A stretch of 64,000 nt of DNA from Camelus ferus. Taxonomy: Eukaryota. Shown one piece after another: positions 41,613 to 54,316 of this stretch. The notes beneath the pieces are model-generated. The model had not been told where the DNA came from, did no database searches, and saw nothing but the letters and a program-made list of their open reading frames with translations. The stretch spans positions 558,001 through 622,000 of the forward strand of contig NC_045696.1 of assembly GCF_009834535.1 (NCBI RefSeq). Reading direction: 5' to 3'. The position numbers were made by a program, and so were the translations under genes. How positions within the stretch are numbered: position 1 is the first letter of the stretch; every line of letters starts with the position of its first letter.

Positions 41613-42002
41613 CTTGGCAGCACCCATGGACCCTGATGTCCTGCGAAAGGGAGGAGCGCCTGCTGCAGACAGTGCTTCACCAACACATCACCGCGCCCCT
41701 CCCCGTCCCCAAGCCCTCCTCCTCGAGCCCTCCTCCCCAGATGGTGGGGGCGGGACGCACAGTGGTCAGCCAGCACGTAGGCTCAGGGGGGCGCCCTCTC
41801 CCCCTGCCCTGGGTGGGGTCCACAAAATTTAGTGGGTACAGAGACTGCGAGCTTCAGGCTCTGTTTTGGGTGGGATGTTCATGACCCCTCCCTGCCCTGC
41901 AGAGCCTGGGTGCACTGGGCAGACAGGAGCATTCTGGGCACTGAAAAGCCAGTGACTGGCATCAGTGATGACAGAGCAGCGAGGGGGCCCTGGGGGTGGG
42001 CA

Positions 42003-42273
42003 TCAGGGGAGGAGGATGTCAGAGGAGGAGGGGCGTCAGAGGAGGAGGGGTGTCGGGGAGGAGGGGCGTCGGGGGGGGGGAGGAGGGATTGTCGGGGGAG
42101 GAGGAAGTGTCAGGGGAAGAGGGGTGTCGGGGGAGGAGGGGCGTCGGGGGAGGAGGGGCGTCGGGGGAGGAGGGAGTGTCAGGGGAAGAGGGGCGTCGGG
42201 GGAGGAGGGGCGTCGGGGGAGGAGGGAGTGTCAGGGGAAGAGGGGCGTCGGGGGAGGAGGGGCGTCAGGAGAG
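42003..42273. repeat. G/A-rich minisatellite, about 17-nt unit GTCGGGGGAGGAGGGGC, about 15 copies
   Basis: Direct reading of tandem units with variants (GTCAGGGGAAGAGGGGC). Confidence 0.9.
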
Positions 42274-42839
42274 GAGACAGGCCCAGGCTGGGGTGGGCCT
42301 TGCCTTAAGCTTGACCCCAGTTATCCTTCCAACCGAACTGTGCTGACTAGGGAGGGGAATGGCCTGCAGGTGGATACTGACAGGGCTGGCAGGCAGTGGG
42401 TACCAGTCCCACTTTGCTGGGAGACGTGGGGCCAGCTGCATGGGGTGGAGGGGACCCCTCCCAGAGCGGTCACTGTGCCCTGGCATGTCTCCATGGGGTC
42501 TGATGCTGTGTCCAGACAGATGCAGGGAGAGGACCTCGAGGCGTGGGTGGGGTGGCTGGGCCCTGAGTGCCAGGTGTGAGGGGCAGGGGGACCCTCTGTG
42601 GAAGGTGAGGGAGGCGACTGATGCCGTGCTGTTCCGGTGGGGACCCTGCGACCTGGTTCTCATACCCACTCTGCTGCCCCCGGGAGCCCCTGGGACAGAG
42701 GGAGAACCTGCTGCAGCTGCAGCTGCAGCCCCACTGGGCCCGGAGCCCCGCCGGCGGGCAGTGGGGGCCCTCGCACAGCTGGGAGACAGGAGGCGCCTGG
42801 AGGGCTTTGTGGGGAGCAGAGGTGTCAGAGGCACTTTGG

Positions 42840-43075
42840 TGCAGTTTTCCTGGAGATGCCCCTCGACCCTGCGGAAACCTGCCCCTCCAGCCAAGACTTT
42901 AGAGGACCACGGCCCTGGCCAATGTCTTGACTGCACCTCATGACAGACCCTGAGCTAGAGCCACCCAGCTAAGCCTCTCCTGAATTCCTGACCTGAATGA
43001 ATTATGAGAAAGTAAATGCTTATTGTTTTAAATCACTAAATTTGGGGTACTTTATTACACAGCAATAAATCATTG
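42840..43075 (+). mobile_element. MLT1 (F/E-like) LTR 3' part
   Basis: GACCCTGAGCTAGAGCCACCCAGCTAAGCCTCTCCTGAATTCCTGACC..TTGTTTTAAATCACTAAATTTGGGG..ACAGCAATA. Confidence 0.75.
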
Positions 43076-43296
43076 TAGAAAGAAGACAGTGAGACAATAA
43101 TTTCAAATTTCAACAGGAAAACAAAATGACCCAAGGATGTCTCCCCATCCACCTTATCTTTCAGGTACAAGGATAAACATCTCAGATGTAAATGAGCTCA
43201 GATCCATGCCACCTAAATGGTAAAAAAAATTCTGCAAGGAATTTCTGCAAACAGTAGGGAAATGAATAAAAATAAACAAAAAGCAAAGAAACTTGA

Positions 43297-43441
43297 GGGG
43301 AGAGGGTACAGCTCAGTGGCTGAGTGTGTGCATAGTATGCATGAGGTCATGGGTTCAGTCCCCAGCACCTCCATTAAAAGGATGGAAGGAAGGAAGAAAA
43401 AGAAGGAAAGAAAGAGAAATCTAATTACTCACCCCCCAAAC
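43297..43441 (+). mobile_element. tRNA-derived SINE (vic-1-like) with flanking direct repeats
   Basis: GGGGAGAGGGTACAGCTCAGTGGCTGAG..GAGGTCATGGGTTCAGTCCCCAGCACCTCCATTAAA..CTAATTACTCACCCCCC; direct repeats at 43270-43297 and 43442-43469. Confidence 0.88.
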
Positions 43442-43499
43442 AAATAAACAAAAAGCAAAGAAACTTGAGAAATACAGTAAAATGTATGAAGGGAAAAGA

Positions 43500-44480
43500 G
43501 CCAGGAAGCATAAAATCAAAAGCCAGAAATATCATGTAGATCACTGTGAAAATAAGGGTGAATGGCTTAAATTCTACTATAAAGACAAACATCTCTGAGT
43601 TGGGTCAAAAAACGAAATTCATCTGGATGAGGTTTGTGGGTTCACACTTCAAAAAGAAAGTCACAGATGATGCAAAGAGAGTGGAGTGGGGAGGGATGGA
43701 CGCAAACGGAGAGGAAGGGGGCAGTGTTGCTGAGACCCCGGAATTTAAGACAGAAGGATGAGGGATGGGGCCCAGGAAAAGATAAAGGCTGCTGCAATCC
43801 AATTATAAATCTTTATGTACTTAACGTCACAATACATATAAAGCAAAATCTGTGAAAAATCAAAGAAAAAACTGACAAACTGCAATCATAGTAGAAAATT
43901 TTAACTCATCTTTTAAAGATACTGACAGATCACATAAAAAAACAGAATTGGAAGTCGTGTTTTATAAAATTTTGACAGTAACAAGTAGGGTATAGGGCCA
44001 AAACTATAATCAGAAGAAAGTATGTAGCCTTAAATGTTTTTTGTTACAAAATAAAAAATTAGTGTAACAAATTTGGCATGTAGTTAAAGACACTAGGGAC
44101 AAAAAAATTTAACAAGATAAATCTCAGGAAAGCAGGAGAGAGAAAGTAGTGAAAAATAAACCGACAGGTTTAAAAAACTCACAGTAGAATAATAAATATA
44201 TTTGAGAGCTGGCTTTTTGAAAAAGCCAGTAAGAGAAAAAAATTTTAGCAAGTCTAAGCAAGAATAAAAACGATAAAGCACAAATATGGAAATAAACAAA
44301 TGTAAGAATGAGTAAAATAATGACAGATGAGGAGGGTTTTTATTGTCGTTGGTTTTTAAGAGCACACCAAGTGCAGTTCTAAGCTAATAAATGTGAGAGA
44401 CCATTTTCTGGGAAAGTGGTCTCATCTCTCGAGACGAGGTACAAAACATGGACCAAAAAATCTTTGAAGAAACTAGAAAA
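43500..44480 (+). mobile_element. Highly degraded L1 ORF2 (endonuclease-region) fragments
   Basis: A-rich; GTGAATGGCTTAAATTCTACTATAAAG and ACAAACTGCAATCATAGTAGAAAATTTTAAC resemble the L1 EN region. Confidence 0.6.
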
Positions 44481-44529
44481 GATGAAATGACAATGAAATG
44501 TCCTTCTGTGATTACTCTGCACCAGACAC

Positions 44530-44700
44530 TAGGCTACATCTTTTCTTTTAACCTTCACAACAGCCCTCAGACATTGGTACTATTATAACCCATTTCACAG
44601 ATGTGGAAACTGAGACTGAGCTGCGTAACTTGTCCCAGGTGCTCGGCTAACCCAGGCACCATCGTTCTGAGCCCAGACGCTTGATAACTGGGCTCCCACG
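44530..44700 (-). mobile_element. MIR SINE fragment
   Basis: CTTCACAACAGCCC..TATTATAACCCATTTCACAGATGTGGAAACTGAGACTGAG..TAACTTGTCCCAGGT core. Confidence 0.75.
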
Positions 44701-44799
44701 TATGGCTTTCATTACAACAAAGCAACACGGGCAGAGCGGACACAGACCAGGAGCCGGGCAACCCGATGCATGGCCAAGCTCTCACATTCTTAAGGGTTA

Positions 44800-47700
44800 A
44801 AATTTCCATGGCCTGTTATTAAGTGTGTAGATGTTCACATCTGCAGTATACTTTTGTTGTTTTAAATTCTGCATTAACACATAATGACCTTCTTAGTGTC
44901 TTGTAACCCTTTTGATTGGAAGCCCGGTTTGCCTGGTATTAGTACAGCTACCCCTGCTCTCCTCTGCTTCCTATTTGCACAGTGACATTTTCCATCCTCT
45001 CACTGTCAGCCTCTTTGTGTCTTTGGGTCTGACTGTCCTGTAGACAGCATATAGCTGGACCTTGTTTTCTTAAGTCCATACTGCCAGTCTCCGTCTTTTG
45101 ATTGCAGAGTGTAATCCATTTACAATTAAAGTAATAACTGACAAGGAGGCTTATTTCTGATGTTTTGCTATTTGTTTTCTATACACCTTGTAGCTTTTTT
45201 GTTCCTCATTTCCTGAATCACCGTCTTCTTTTGTGTGTAGTTGGTTCTCGTACTAAAACATGTAAATCCCTCCCTCACGTCTTTCTGTGCTTATTCTTTA
45301 GGTACTTTCTTTGCGGTTACCATGGGATTGCACTTGACATCCTCAAGTTGTAACACTCCAACTTGAATTTATACCAGCTTAACTTCAATAACATACAAAA
45401 ACTGTTCCTTTACAAGCTCTCTCTGCCAGTCAATTTATTTTTTAAAACGTCTATTTGTTCTCCTCTCCTGTCCCAAATGCCGCCTCCCCCACCAGAGTAA
45501 CTGACATCCTGACATTTGTATTATTGTGCCTTGCTTTCTGCTTTTTCTTTTTAAATAAATTTTATCATATATTTATTACCAAAAAAGTTCCCTCCCCATC
45601 TCTTTCAGTTATTGATGTCACAAAATTACATTTGTATACATTTTGTGTCCAAAAACATAAACAAATATTATTTTTGATGCATTGATCCCTTAAATTATGT
45701 AGAAAACAAAATGTAGAGTTGTAAACCAAAGTTACAATAATACCAGCTTTAAGAAGAACAGAGCTGGAGGACTTCAGACTATACTACAAAGCTCCAGGAA
45801 TCAGAACAGTAGGTTAAGGACACAAAAAGACACATAGATCAAAGGAACAGGATAGAGAGCCCAGTACTAAACCCACACACTTATGGTCAATTAACCTACG
45901 ACAAAGGAGGCGAGCATACGCAATGGAGAAAAGACAGGCTCTTCAACAAGTGGTGCTGGGAGAGCTGGACAGCTGCCTGCGAAAGCATGAAATGAGAACA
46001 TTCTCTAACACCATACACAAAAATAGACTCAAAATGGATTAAAGACCTAAGAGTAGGACCAGACACCATGAAACTCCTAGAGGAAAACATAGAGCACTCT
46101 TTGACAAAGATTGTAGCAAAAAATTTTTGGATCTGTCTCCTAAAGCAAAGGAAGTAAGAGCAAAAATAAATAAATGAGACCTAATTAAACTCAAAAGCTT
46201 TTGCACAGCAAAGAAAACCATTGACAAAATGAAAAGATAACCTACTGAGAAAATATTTGCAAATGATGCGACAGAAAAGGGATTAATATCCAACATATAT
46301 AAACAGCTCGTACAACTCAACATCAAAAACACAGACAACTAGATTAAAAAATGGGCAGAAGAACTGAATAGACGTTTTTCCAAAGAGGAAATAAAGATGG
46401 CCAACAGGCACAGGAAAAGATTCTCAACTCTGCTAATCATCAGGGAACTGCAAATCAAAGCCACGATGCAATAGCACCTCACACCTGTCAGAATGGCTGT
46501 CCTCAAAAAGAAAACAAATAACAAATGTTGCCGAGGATGTGGAGAAAAGGAAGCCCTCCTATACTGCTGATGGGGATGTACATTGGTGCAGCCACTGTGG
46601 AAAACAGTATGGAGGTGTCTCAAAAACCTAAAAATAGACTTACCATATGATACAGCAATTCCACTCTTGAGTATATATTAGATTAATATTAGTTTTTTTA
46701 AGTACTAGTCTCTCAAATTATGTAGAAAAAAAGTAGAGTTACAAACCATTGTTACAATAACAACAACAACAACAATAATAGTAACAATGGCTTTTATAAC
46801 TGTTCACGTATTTACTGTCACTGAGATATTCATATGCCTTCAATTTGCTGTCTAGTGTCCTTTCATCTCACCTGCAGGGCTCTTCTGAGCATTTCTTACA
46901 GGGCAGGTCTAGTGGGCATGAACTCCTTCAGCTTTTGTATATCTGAGAATGTTTTCATTTTGCCCTCACTTTTGGGGGACAGTTTTGCTGAATATAGAAC
47001 TTTTGGGTGACTTCTTTTTTTCCTTTTAACAGTTTGATATATCAGCCCACTGCCTCTGGTCTCCAAAGTTTCTGATGAGAAATCTGATAATCTTATTGAG
47101 GAGCCCTTGGATGTGACGAGTCACTTCTCTCTTGCTGATTCCTAAATTCTCTTTGTCTTTGTCTTTTGACAGTTTGGTCACAATGTGCATCAGTGTCTCT
47201 TTAAGTTCACCCTACTTGTCTTGGATGTTTATGTTCATGTCATCCATCAAATCTGGGAAGTTTCTTCACACATCCCCTCTGCCCCTTTCTCTCTCTTCTC
47301 CTTCTGGGACTTCCAAAACATGTATGCAGGTCCTTTAAGCTCTGTGCACTTTTCTTTAATCTTTTTTCTTTCTGTTCCTCAGACTCAATAATTTCCATTG
47401 TTTTATCTTCTACTTCACTGACCCTTTCTCCTGTCTGCTCAAATTGGCCTTTGAATCCCTCTAATGAAAAACTAAAAGTTACTGTAGCCTTCAGCTATAA
47501 TATTTCTTTTTGGATTCTATCTAGGCTTTCTATCTCTTTATTTATATTTCTGTTTTGTTCATACATTACTTTCTTGACTTTCTCCACATCTTCCTTAGAT
47601 CCTTCAGCATCTTTAAGATGCTTGTGTTAAAGTCGTTGTCTAGTCCATCCATCATCAGGTCTTTTTCAGGGACTGTTTCTGCTGGTTTATATTTTTTCCT

Positions 47701-48160
47701 TTGAATGGGCCATATTTTCCTGTTCCTTTGTTTGCTTTTTGAGGTGTTGTTGTTGTTAAAAATTGGACATTTGAATCTAAAATGGTCACATCTGCAAATC
47801 AGATTCTTCCTTTTCCCCAGGGCTTGCTGTTTTTGATTTTTTGTTGGTCTGTTAGTTTTTGTTTTTGAATCACTGTAGGCTGTCTCTGTGCCAAGGATCA
47901 GCCTGAGGAGTGACTGTAAGGTTTTCTCACGTCTTTTCTGAGCCTGCACCTTCCCCTGAGCTTGGGCAGTGCCTGTCTAATTTTCCTTCTATATACAGTT
48001 GCTTTTAAACATCATAGTCTTCAATGTCTGGCTCCCAGAAGGAGAGAAAGAGAAAAATGAATGAAAGAAAAAAGATACCAACCCTTTAAATCCCCTGGAA
48101 GTCAACTCAGCCAGAGAGGGAGCAGCTGGCAATGACAGGGAGAAGTGTAATAACAATGGC
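44800..48160 (-). mobile_element. Old L1 (5' UTR/ORF1/start of ORF2) in antisense, interrupted by another L1
   Basis: T-rich L1M patterns (GTCCTGTAGACAGCATATAG, TTTCTGATGAGAAATCTG); ORF1-like peptide at 47566-47949. Confidence 0.75.
45751..46680 (+). mobile_element. Younger L1 ORF2 3' fragment nested in the older L1
   Basis: AAGAAGAACAGAGCTGGAGG..CTTCAACAAGTGGTGCTGGGAG..CACCTGTCAGAATGGCTGTCCTCAAAAAG; less decayed. Confidence 0.85.
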
Positions 48161-48169
48161 AGCCTCAAT

Positions 48170-50200
48170 AGATTTTAAAAGAAAGTATCATAAAAGTATC
48201 TTCTCTGATTACAACGGGATGATGTTAGGCATCAATAACAGAAGGAAAACTGGAAAATTCACAGAATTGTGGAAATTAAACAATGCACTCTTAAACAACC
48301 AATAGGCCAAAGAGGAATCACAAAGGAAATTAGAAGATAATTCAGAGACTACTAAATGTGAAAACAAGTCACACGAAAATGCAAGAAACACAGCAGGAGC
48401 AGCGTGAAGGAGCAAGTTACAGTCATAAAGGTTTACATTAAAAAACAAGAAAGAGCTCAAGTCAGCAACCTAACTCTACAGCTTGAGGAACTAGAAAAAG
48501 AAGAAACGAAACAGCTAGTAGAAGGAAGGGAATAATAGCAATTACAGCAAAGATCAATGAAACGGTTAATAGAAAACCAACAGAGTAAACCAATGAAACC
48601 AAAAGTTGGTTCTTCAGAAAGATCAACATCGACACACCTTTAGCTCGATGGGCTAAGGGAAAAAGAAAGGAGATTCAAGTTACCAACATCAGAAATGAAG
48701 GTGGGAAATCACTACTGATTGCACAGAAATAAGAATTATGTGAGAGCACTGTGACCAGTTGTGCAACAGCCAATCAGATAACCTAGATGGAATGGACAAA
48801 TTCCCAGAAACACAAAATTGGCAAAGACAAAACCACGAAGAAATAGAAATTCTGAATTGACCTATAACTACTGAGGAGATTGAATCAGTAATTGAAAATC
48901 TCCTGACAAAGAAAAGCCCTGGTGAATTCTTCAGATCATTTAAAGTTAGAACTAATACGAATACTGCTCAACCTTTTCCAAAAAACTGAAGAGGAGGGAG
49001 TATCCCCAAACTCACCCTATGAGGACAGGGTTACCCTGGTATTAAAGCCAGACAAAGGCACTACAAGAAAAGAAAGCTGCAGGCTAATATCCCTTATCAA
49101 CGTGGATATAAAAATCCTTAACAAAATATTAGCAAACAGAATTAAACAGGATAGAAAAAGTACTAAACATCACGACCAAGTGGGATTTATTCCTGGAATG
49201 CAGTGATAGTTTAATATATGAAGATCAATTAATGTAACACACCACATTAACAGAGTGAAGGAACAGCCCACGTGACCATTTCAGTTGATGCAGAAAAACC
49301 TTTTGATAAAATTCAATGTCCTTTCATGATTAAAAAACTCAACAAACTGGGAATAGATGGACACTAGCTCAGTATAATAAAAGCCATATATGAAAATCCC
49401 ATAGCAAACATCATACTCAATGGTGAGAGACTAAAAGCATCACAGGAAAGGTGCTCAGCATCACTAAGTCACTAGGGAAATGCAAGCCAAAATTACAGTG
49501 AGATACCACCTCATACCCATTAGGATGGATAGTACCAAAAACCAGAAAACAACAAATGTTGGAGAGGATAAGGGGAAACTGGAATTTTTGGTGGGAATGT
49601 AAAATGACAGCTGTATGGAAAACAGTATAGTGGTTCCTCAAAAAAATAAAAATAGAACTACCATATGATCCAGCAATTCTACTTCTGGGAAAATACATAC
49701 TCAAAAGAATTGAAAGTGGGTCTCAAAGAGCTAGGTATACACCCTGTTCACAGTAGTATTACTCACTCTAGCTAAAATGTGGAAGCAATCCAAGTGTCCA
49801 TTGATGGATGAATGGATAAGCATAACGTGGTCCATCCACACAATGGAATATTATTCTGCCTTAAAAAAGAAGGAAATTCTGACACACACTATGACATGGA
49901 TAAACCTTGAGGACATTATGCTGAGTGAAATAAGCCAGTCACAAAAAGGCAAGTACTATATGATTCACTTATATGAAGTACTTAGAGTATCTCAGACATC
50001 ACAGAGACAGAAAGTAGAATGGTGGCTGCCAGGAGCTGGGGAGCTGGTGTTTAAAGGGACAGTTTCAGTTCTGCAACAAGGAAAGCGTTCCGGAGCTGGA
50101 TGGCGGTGATGGTAGCACAAAAATAGGAGTGCATTTAGCCCCAGTGAGCTGTGCACTTAAGACTGGTTAAGATGGCAAATTTTGTGTTATGTGTATTCAA
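48170..50200 (+). mobile_element. L1 ORF2 (EN-RT portion joined to 3' end, internal deletion near 49440)
   Basis: ORF 48922-49206 [57 protein letters not shown] is L1 RT N-terminus; 49777-50109 is the ORF2 C-terminus. Confidence 0.9.
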
Positions 50201-52449
50201 GCATAATTTTTAAAAATGAGGGAAAAAACCCTCTTACAAATTAGTAAAAAATGATCTCTCATTAGGAACGCAGGGCAGTCATAACCAGGAAACAAGCAAC
50301 AGTACAAATGGTCGGTGGTCAAACTGCACAGACACCAGGGACACGCAGACAGATCAGCTCGCACCGCCCCACGCAACTGGCCAGCACTGAAGCACGGCGG
50401 CGGCGCCACCCACAGTGCCGGAGCCAGGCCCACGCCTCCGATGGCTCTGACCACACGCCTGGGAGCCTTGACACTTTTCAGAAATTCTGACCTGGACTCT
50501 GCTCTCCGAGGAGCAGAGGCCCCTCACAACTGGGATCCCTGCCCTCCATGGGCTCCTTACAGGATCTACAACGGGCCCCCAGAGGCTGCCCACCGGTGTG
50601 GCTCAGGTGCTGACGTGTTCAGACCTCCTGGGCAGGTGCGCGTCCGGCTCTTGGAGAACGTAGCTGTGAGATATGGCCCAAGCCCAACATGTGCTCCAGG
50701 CGGGGGTCAGGCTCCCCCAGTTCCCAGTAAGCAGCACTCCATGAGCCCGGCTTCGGTACCAGTGTGCCCCACACCAGGGTCCCATGGCTTTGCACAGACG
50801 TTTGAAAGAAACTGCAGGGAGGACCGACCCATTGGAACGTGGGAAAGAATCAAGCTATTTGAGTTTTTCTTGAGTTAATCACAAGAGCTAGGTTTTCCAG
50901 CATCATAAAGCACTTGGGGCTACGAACACGGTCTACTTGCACTTGAGCGCCTGGAGCCCCGGGTGGCCCTGGTGCTAAGAGGGCTGCGGCTCCTGAGCCT
51001 GCTCCCCTCCTACAGTGAGGGCACGGGCTCAGCCCACACCCTCCCCTGCAGCCCCGGGAACACCCTCAGGGTCCAGCTCCTTTTCCTGGGCCCTAGACCC
51101 TTCCAGGGAGCTGTCTGAAGGCCTCCTGCTGCCCGTGGCTCCCCACGACCTCCGAGGGACCTTAGTGGGCCCCTCCCCTCAAACAAAGCTGCCTGCGCTG
51201 GCTGGTCATGCAGGGTCACCGCTGGGTGTGGAAGTGCACTGCCTGGCGCAGGGGCCCGAGCCCCACCGACAGGTGACTCAGTGGCCTGAGCCCAGCTTTC
51301 CTCCTGGACGTCACCGTCCCGTGGCTTCCAGCGCAGACATGCCCCACTGCTGCCCCAGGCCTGCTGCCGCCCTCACAGGCCTCTCAGCTCACTCTCAGGC
51401 AGCAGCTTCTCAGTGGCCAGAGGGCCCAGTGGCCCCTGAGAACCATGTCCTGCTGAGGGGACACACCTGGGCCCCTGTGTCCAGCCCCTAGAGCCACCTA
51501 TGTCCTGGGGGCACAGGCCTTCTCTCCAGCCCTGCTCTTCTGTCTCCAAATGATGGTAGGAAGGCAGATAACTTACCTCCTTGGAGCCCCAAGTGCCCGT
51601 CTGGCCTCCTGGCTCTGATGAGGTAGGCGGGAATAAACCCCCAGTGTAAGATGGCCTCCAGGCCAGAACTCCTTTACTGGGGAAACCACCCCAAAACCAG
51701 GGAAATCTGTGGACCTCAAGCCTCCTTCTTGTTGGGTGTCAACCGACAAGGGACATCCTTTCCTTGGGGACAGTGGGGTGGCCTGGGAGTGTGGGCGTGG
51801 GAGCCGTCGGCTCCTCGCTGGCATGGGGCAGCACTCCTCCACGGGCCCTGGGCAGGGCAGGGCGGCAGGCACGCCGGCCCCCGCCCTGCCCTTTCTGTTG
51901 TTGCTAGTACCAGTAGAGGCCTCTCAGCAGTTGACCCCCCCCACCCCCCAGTGGGTGCTGGGCCCGGTAGGCGCTCTGCTGAGCCCTGTGAAGATTCCTG
52001 GGTGGGTGTGGGGCCGGCCCAGCAGGGGAGCCGCCGGGCACAGCCAGCTGGGCCCCCACCGCACTCCCTGCGCCCCCCCCCCCAGCTCCCCAGCTTGGTC
52101 TCCCTCAGCTGAGTTTGCAGGGGGGTACCTGGGGAGATGCCCGTGGGCCACCAACAGCCTCAGAGGAACTGGGGTCCTGCTGAGTCCAGTCCTGGATGGG
52201 TGGGGTGTGACCTGCCCTCTCTCCCTGTCCGCCTCACCCGTCCCTCTGGCTGTCAAGAGGCTCTTCTTCCCCTGCTGTCCCAGCTGGGAAGCTGGTCCCT
52301 GGGGAGCGCATTCGAGGGGCCACTCCGCCCAGGGCCCAGGAGGAGGAGGGACACCCGCTCCCTCCCGGCCCAAGCGGGAGGCGAGGGGCCAGCAGCACTG
52401 GAGACCCTGCGCCCAGTTTCCAGCGTGGGGGACCATCCCATGGGGGTGA

Positions 52450-53350
52450 GTTGGGCTCCTCAACCTCTGAAGGTGTCCCCGGGCCAGAGACAGAGCCGAA
52501 GCTCCCAGAAGCGGCCACGGGTCCGGCGGCAGACCGGGGACCTGGGCAGGGAGGGCGGACGGCCCGCAGTCTCAGCGCCAGGCAGGGGGCCCAGCTCGGC
52601 CCCAGGAGAGGAGGGGACAGCCGGACGGCCCTCGCGCCACTTCCCGGGCGCGGACGTTGGGGAGCCCAAGCGAGGGTCGGGGTGGAAATGGGGGCCACCC
52701 GGCGGGCAGGGCCCCACAGGGCGAGCGGCAGTCCAAGCCGAGTGGCCGCGTCCCGGCGCCGAGCGGGGCGGCGCTGCCCGGGCCTTACCTGACCGCGCGT
52801 CGGGCACCCTCCCGGACCCGTCCGCAGCGAGGAGGCTCCGGGCTCTGACCGCGCCGAGTGGGCAGGAGGGAGGGGCCGCGCCTACTCCCCGCCCCCCGCG
52901 ACCCCGCGCCCGCGCCCCCCCCGCCCCCGGCGCCGCGGCCACCGGGCGGCGCTGCGGCCCCGCGGATGGCGGCGGGGCGGGGGGGCGGGAGGGTACCCGA
53001 GGGAACAGGGTGCGGCGAGAGCAAGGGCCGGGTCGGGACGGGGCGCTCGGGGGGCCGGGAGAGCCCCCTGCCGCCAGGCGTCCCTGCGAGGTCCGAACCC
53101 CTCCCAGCCCTGGCCGCTGCTCGGACTGGGACTTGACGTCCCTGCTGCCTGCTGCCCGCCCCCTGGGACGTCTATTCCGGGGTCTGGGGCGCCTCCGACT
53201 CGTCACTCACTCAGACCTCGGAGGAGCAGCCCCGGCTGCAGGGTCCTCCCGCCCGGCGTCCCCTCGCCGTGCTCCCCTTGCGCACGACCTGCCGTTCTGG
53301 GACACGCAGCTCTGAGACCCACGGGTCACAACGTGTGTCACCGCGGTGGG
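52450..53350 (-). promoter_or_regulatory. COL6A2 CpG-island promoter with multiple GC boxes (Sp1)
   Basis: Very dense CpG; CCCCGCCCC and GGGGCGGGG boxes at about 52887, 52918 and 52974; no TATA seen. Confidence 0.85.
52789..52862 (-). other. COL6A2: COL6A2 non-coding exon 1 (TSS approximate)
   Basis: Strong donor CAG|gtaagg at 52788 within the CpG island, just downstream of the GC boxes; about 11.1 kb intron to exon 2. Confidence 0.7.
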
Positions 53351-54224
53351 GTCCTCGCCCCTCGGAGGTGAAGTGCCGGCTGGGGAGGGGCGAGAGCTGG
53401 TGCTCTGGGCAGGGAGTGCGGGCCTGGTGGTGCTGGCTGGACCCCGCTTCCCTGCAAGAGCCCAGCGACGTGTGTGTGTTTAGGGCCACTGTGAGGCCCT
53501 ACCTGCGTCTGGGAGAGGGTGGGAAGGGGTCCCCACTCCCCTAGGAGCGGCAGCCCCCGGGATCAATGCTCCTCTGTGAGGTGGTGTGTGGGCAGGAGTG
53601 GGGACAGGTCCCTGGGCTCTGGGACAGGGTGCATCACAGCCATCCTCGGCCTCGAAGGGGACCACACAGCGGTAGGGGTGGCTCCAGCCTCAGAGGAGCA
53701 GCTTTGAGGGTCTCCGACTTAGTCCCTCCTCCCCAGGGGAGAGGGACCCCAGAGCCCCTTGGTTGCCTGTGTGCTCCCTGCATGCAGCACCTCTGGTCTT
53801 CCTGAACATCTCCCTCCCTCTGCACCCTGATTCTGGTACAGCCAGGTCCCATCTCCTGGAGGGATAGTAAGGTGGCCGAGAGGAGGGGTCTTTATGTCCC
53901 CAATGAGCCCAGCAGTAGTGACTGTTCAAGCAGAGGGGGACACCCTCCCATGTGAGGAGGGACATGCGGCCCCTGCAGCCTGGCGACAGGACAGGAAGCC
54001 CCTGCTCTACCCTCCAAAGGGCTTGCAAGTTATGCCCTGGCTGCAGCACCCTGCCTCCCACCTGCTCCCGGCCCCCAGAGACCCCTCAGGCTGGACTCCA
54101 TCAGTGCCTCCCACCCCCCACTGCCCACACCTCCCTGGGCAGCACGGGTCCCTCATCTCCTCCCCAGCGGCCTTTCCCGGGTGCGGTGGGTGCCTGGAGC
54201 CGGTGGCACTGAAGGAGGAGGGTG

Positions 54225-54316
54225 AATGTGTGAGGATGTGTGTGTGTGTGACGTGTGTCTGTGTGCAGCTGTGAGCGTGTGAGTGTGTGTGTGTCTGTAC
54301 AAGTGTGCATGAGTGT
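54225..54316. repeat. Imperfect (TG)n microsatellite
   Basis: tgtgtgtgtgtg..gtgtgagtgtgtgtgtgtc. Confidence 0.7.

Noticed and set aside
41965..42579. Gly/Arg/Glu repeat ORFs
   Set aside because: Translations of the G-rich minisatellite
43297..43375. tRNA-like sequence
   Set aside because: SINE head with A-rich tail and direct repeats, degenerate cloverleaf; not a tRNA gene
48922..50109. Reverse-transcriptase-like peptides as a possible novel RT system
   Set aside because: Standard decayed L1 ORF2 with stops, frameshifts and a deleted catalytic core
52137..53315. 392-aa ORF and overlapping antisense ORFs
   Set aside because: Lies on the COL6A2 CpG-island promoter; low-complexity Arg/Gly/Pro/Ala composition is expected from stop-poor GC-rich DNA; no recognisable domain
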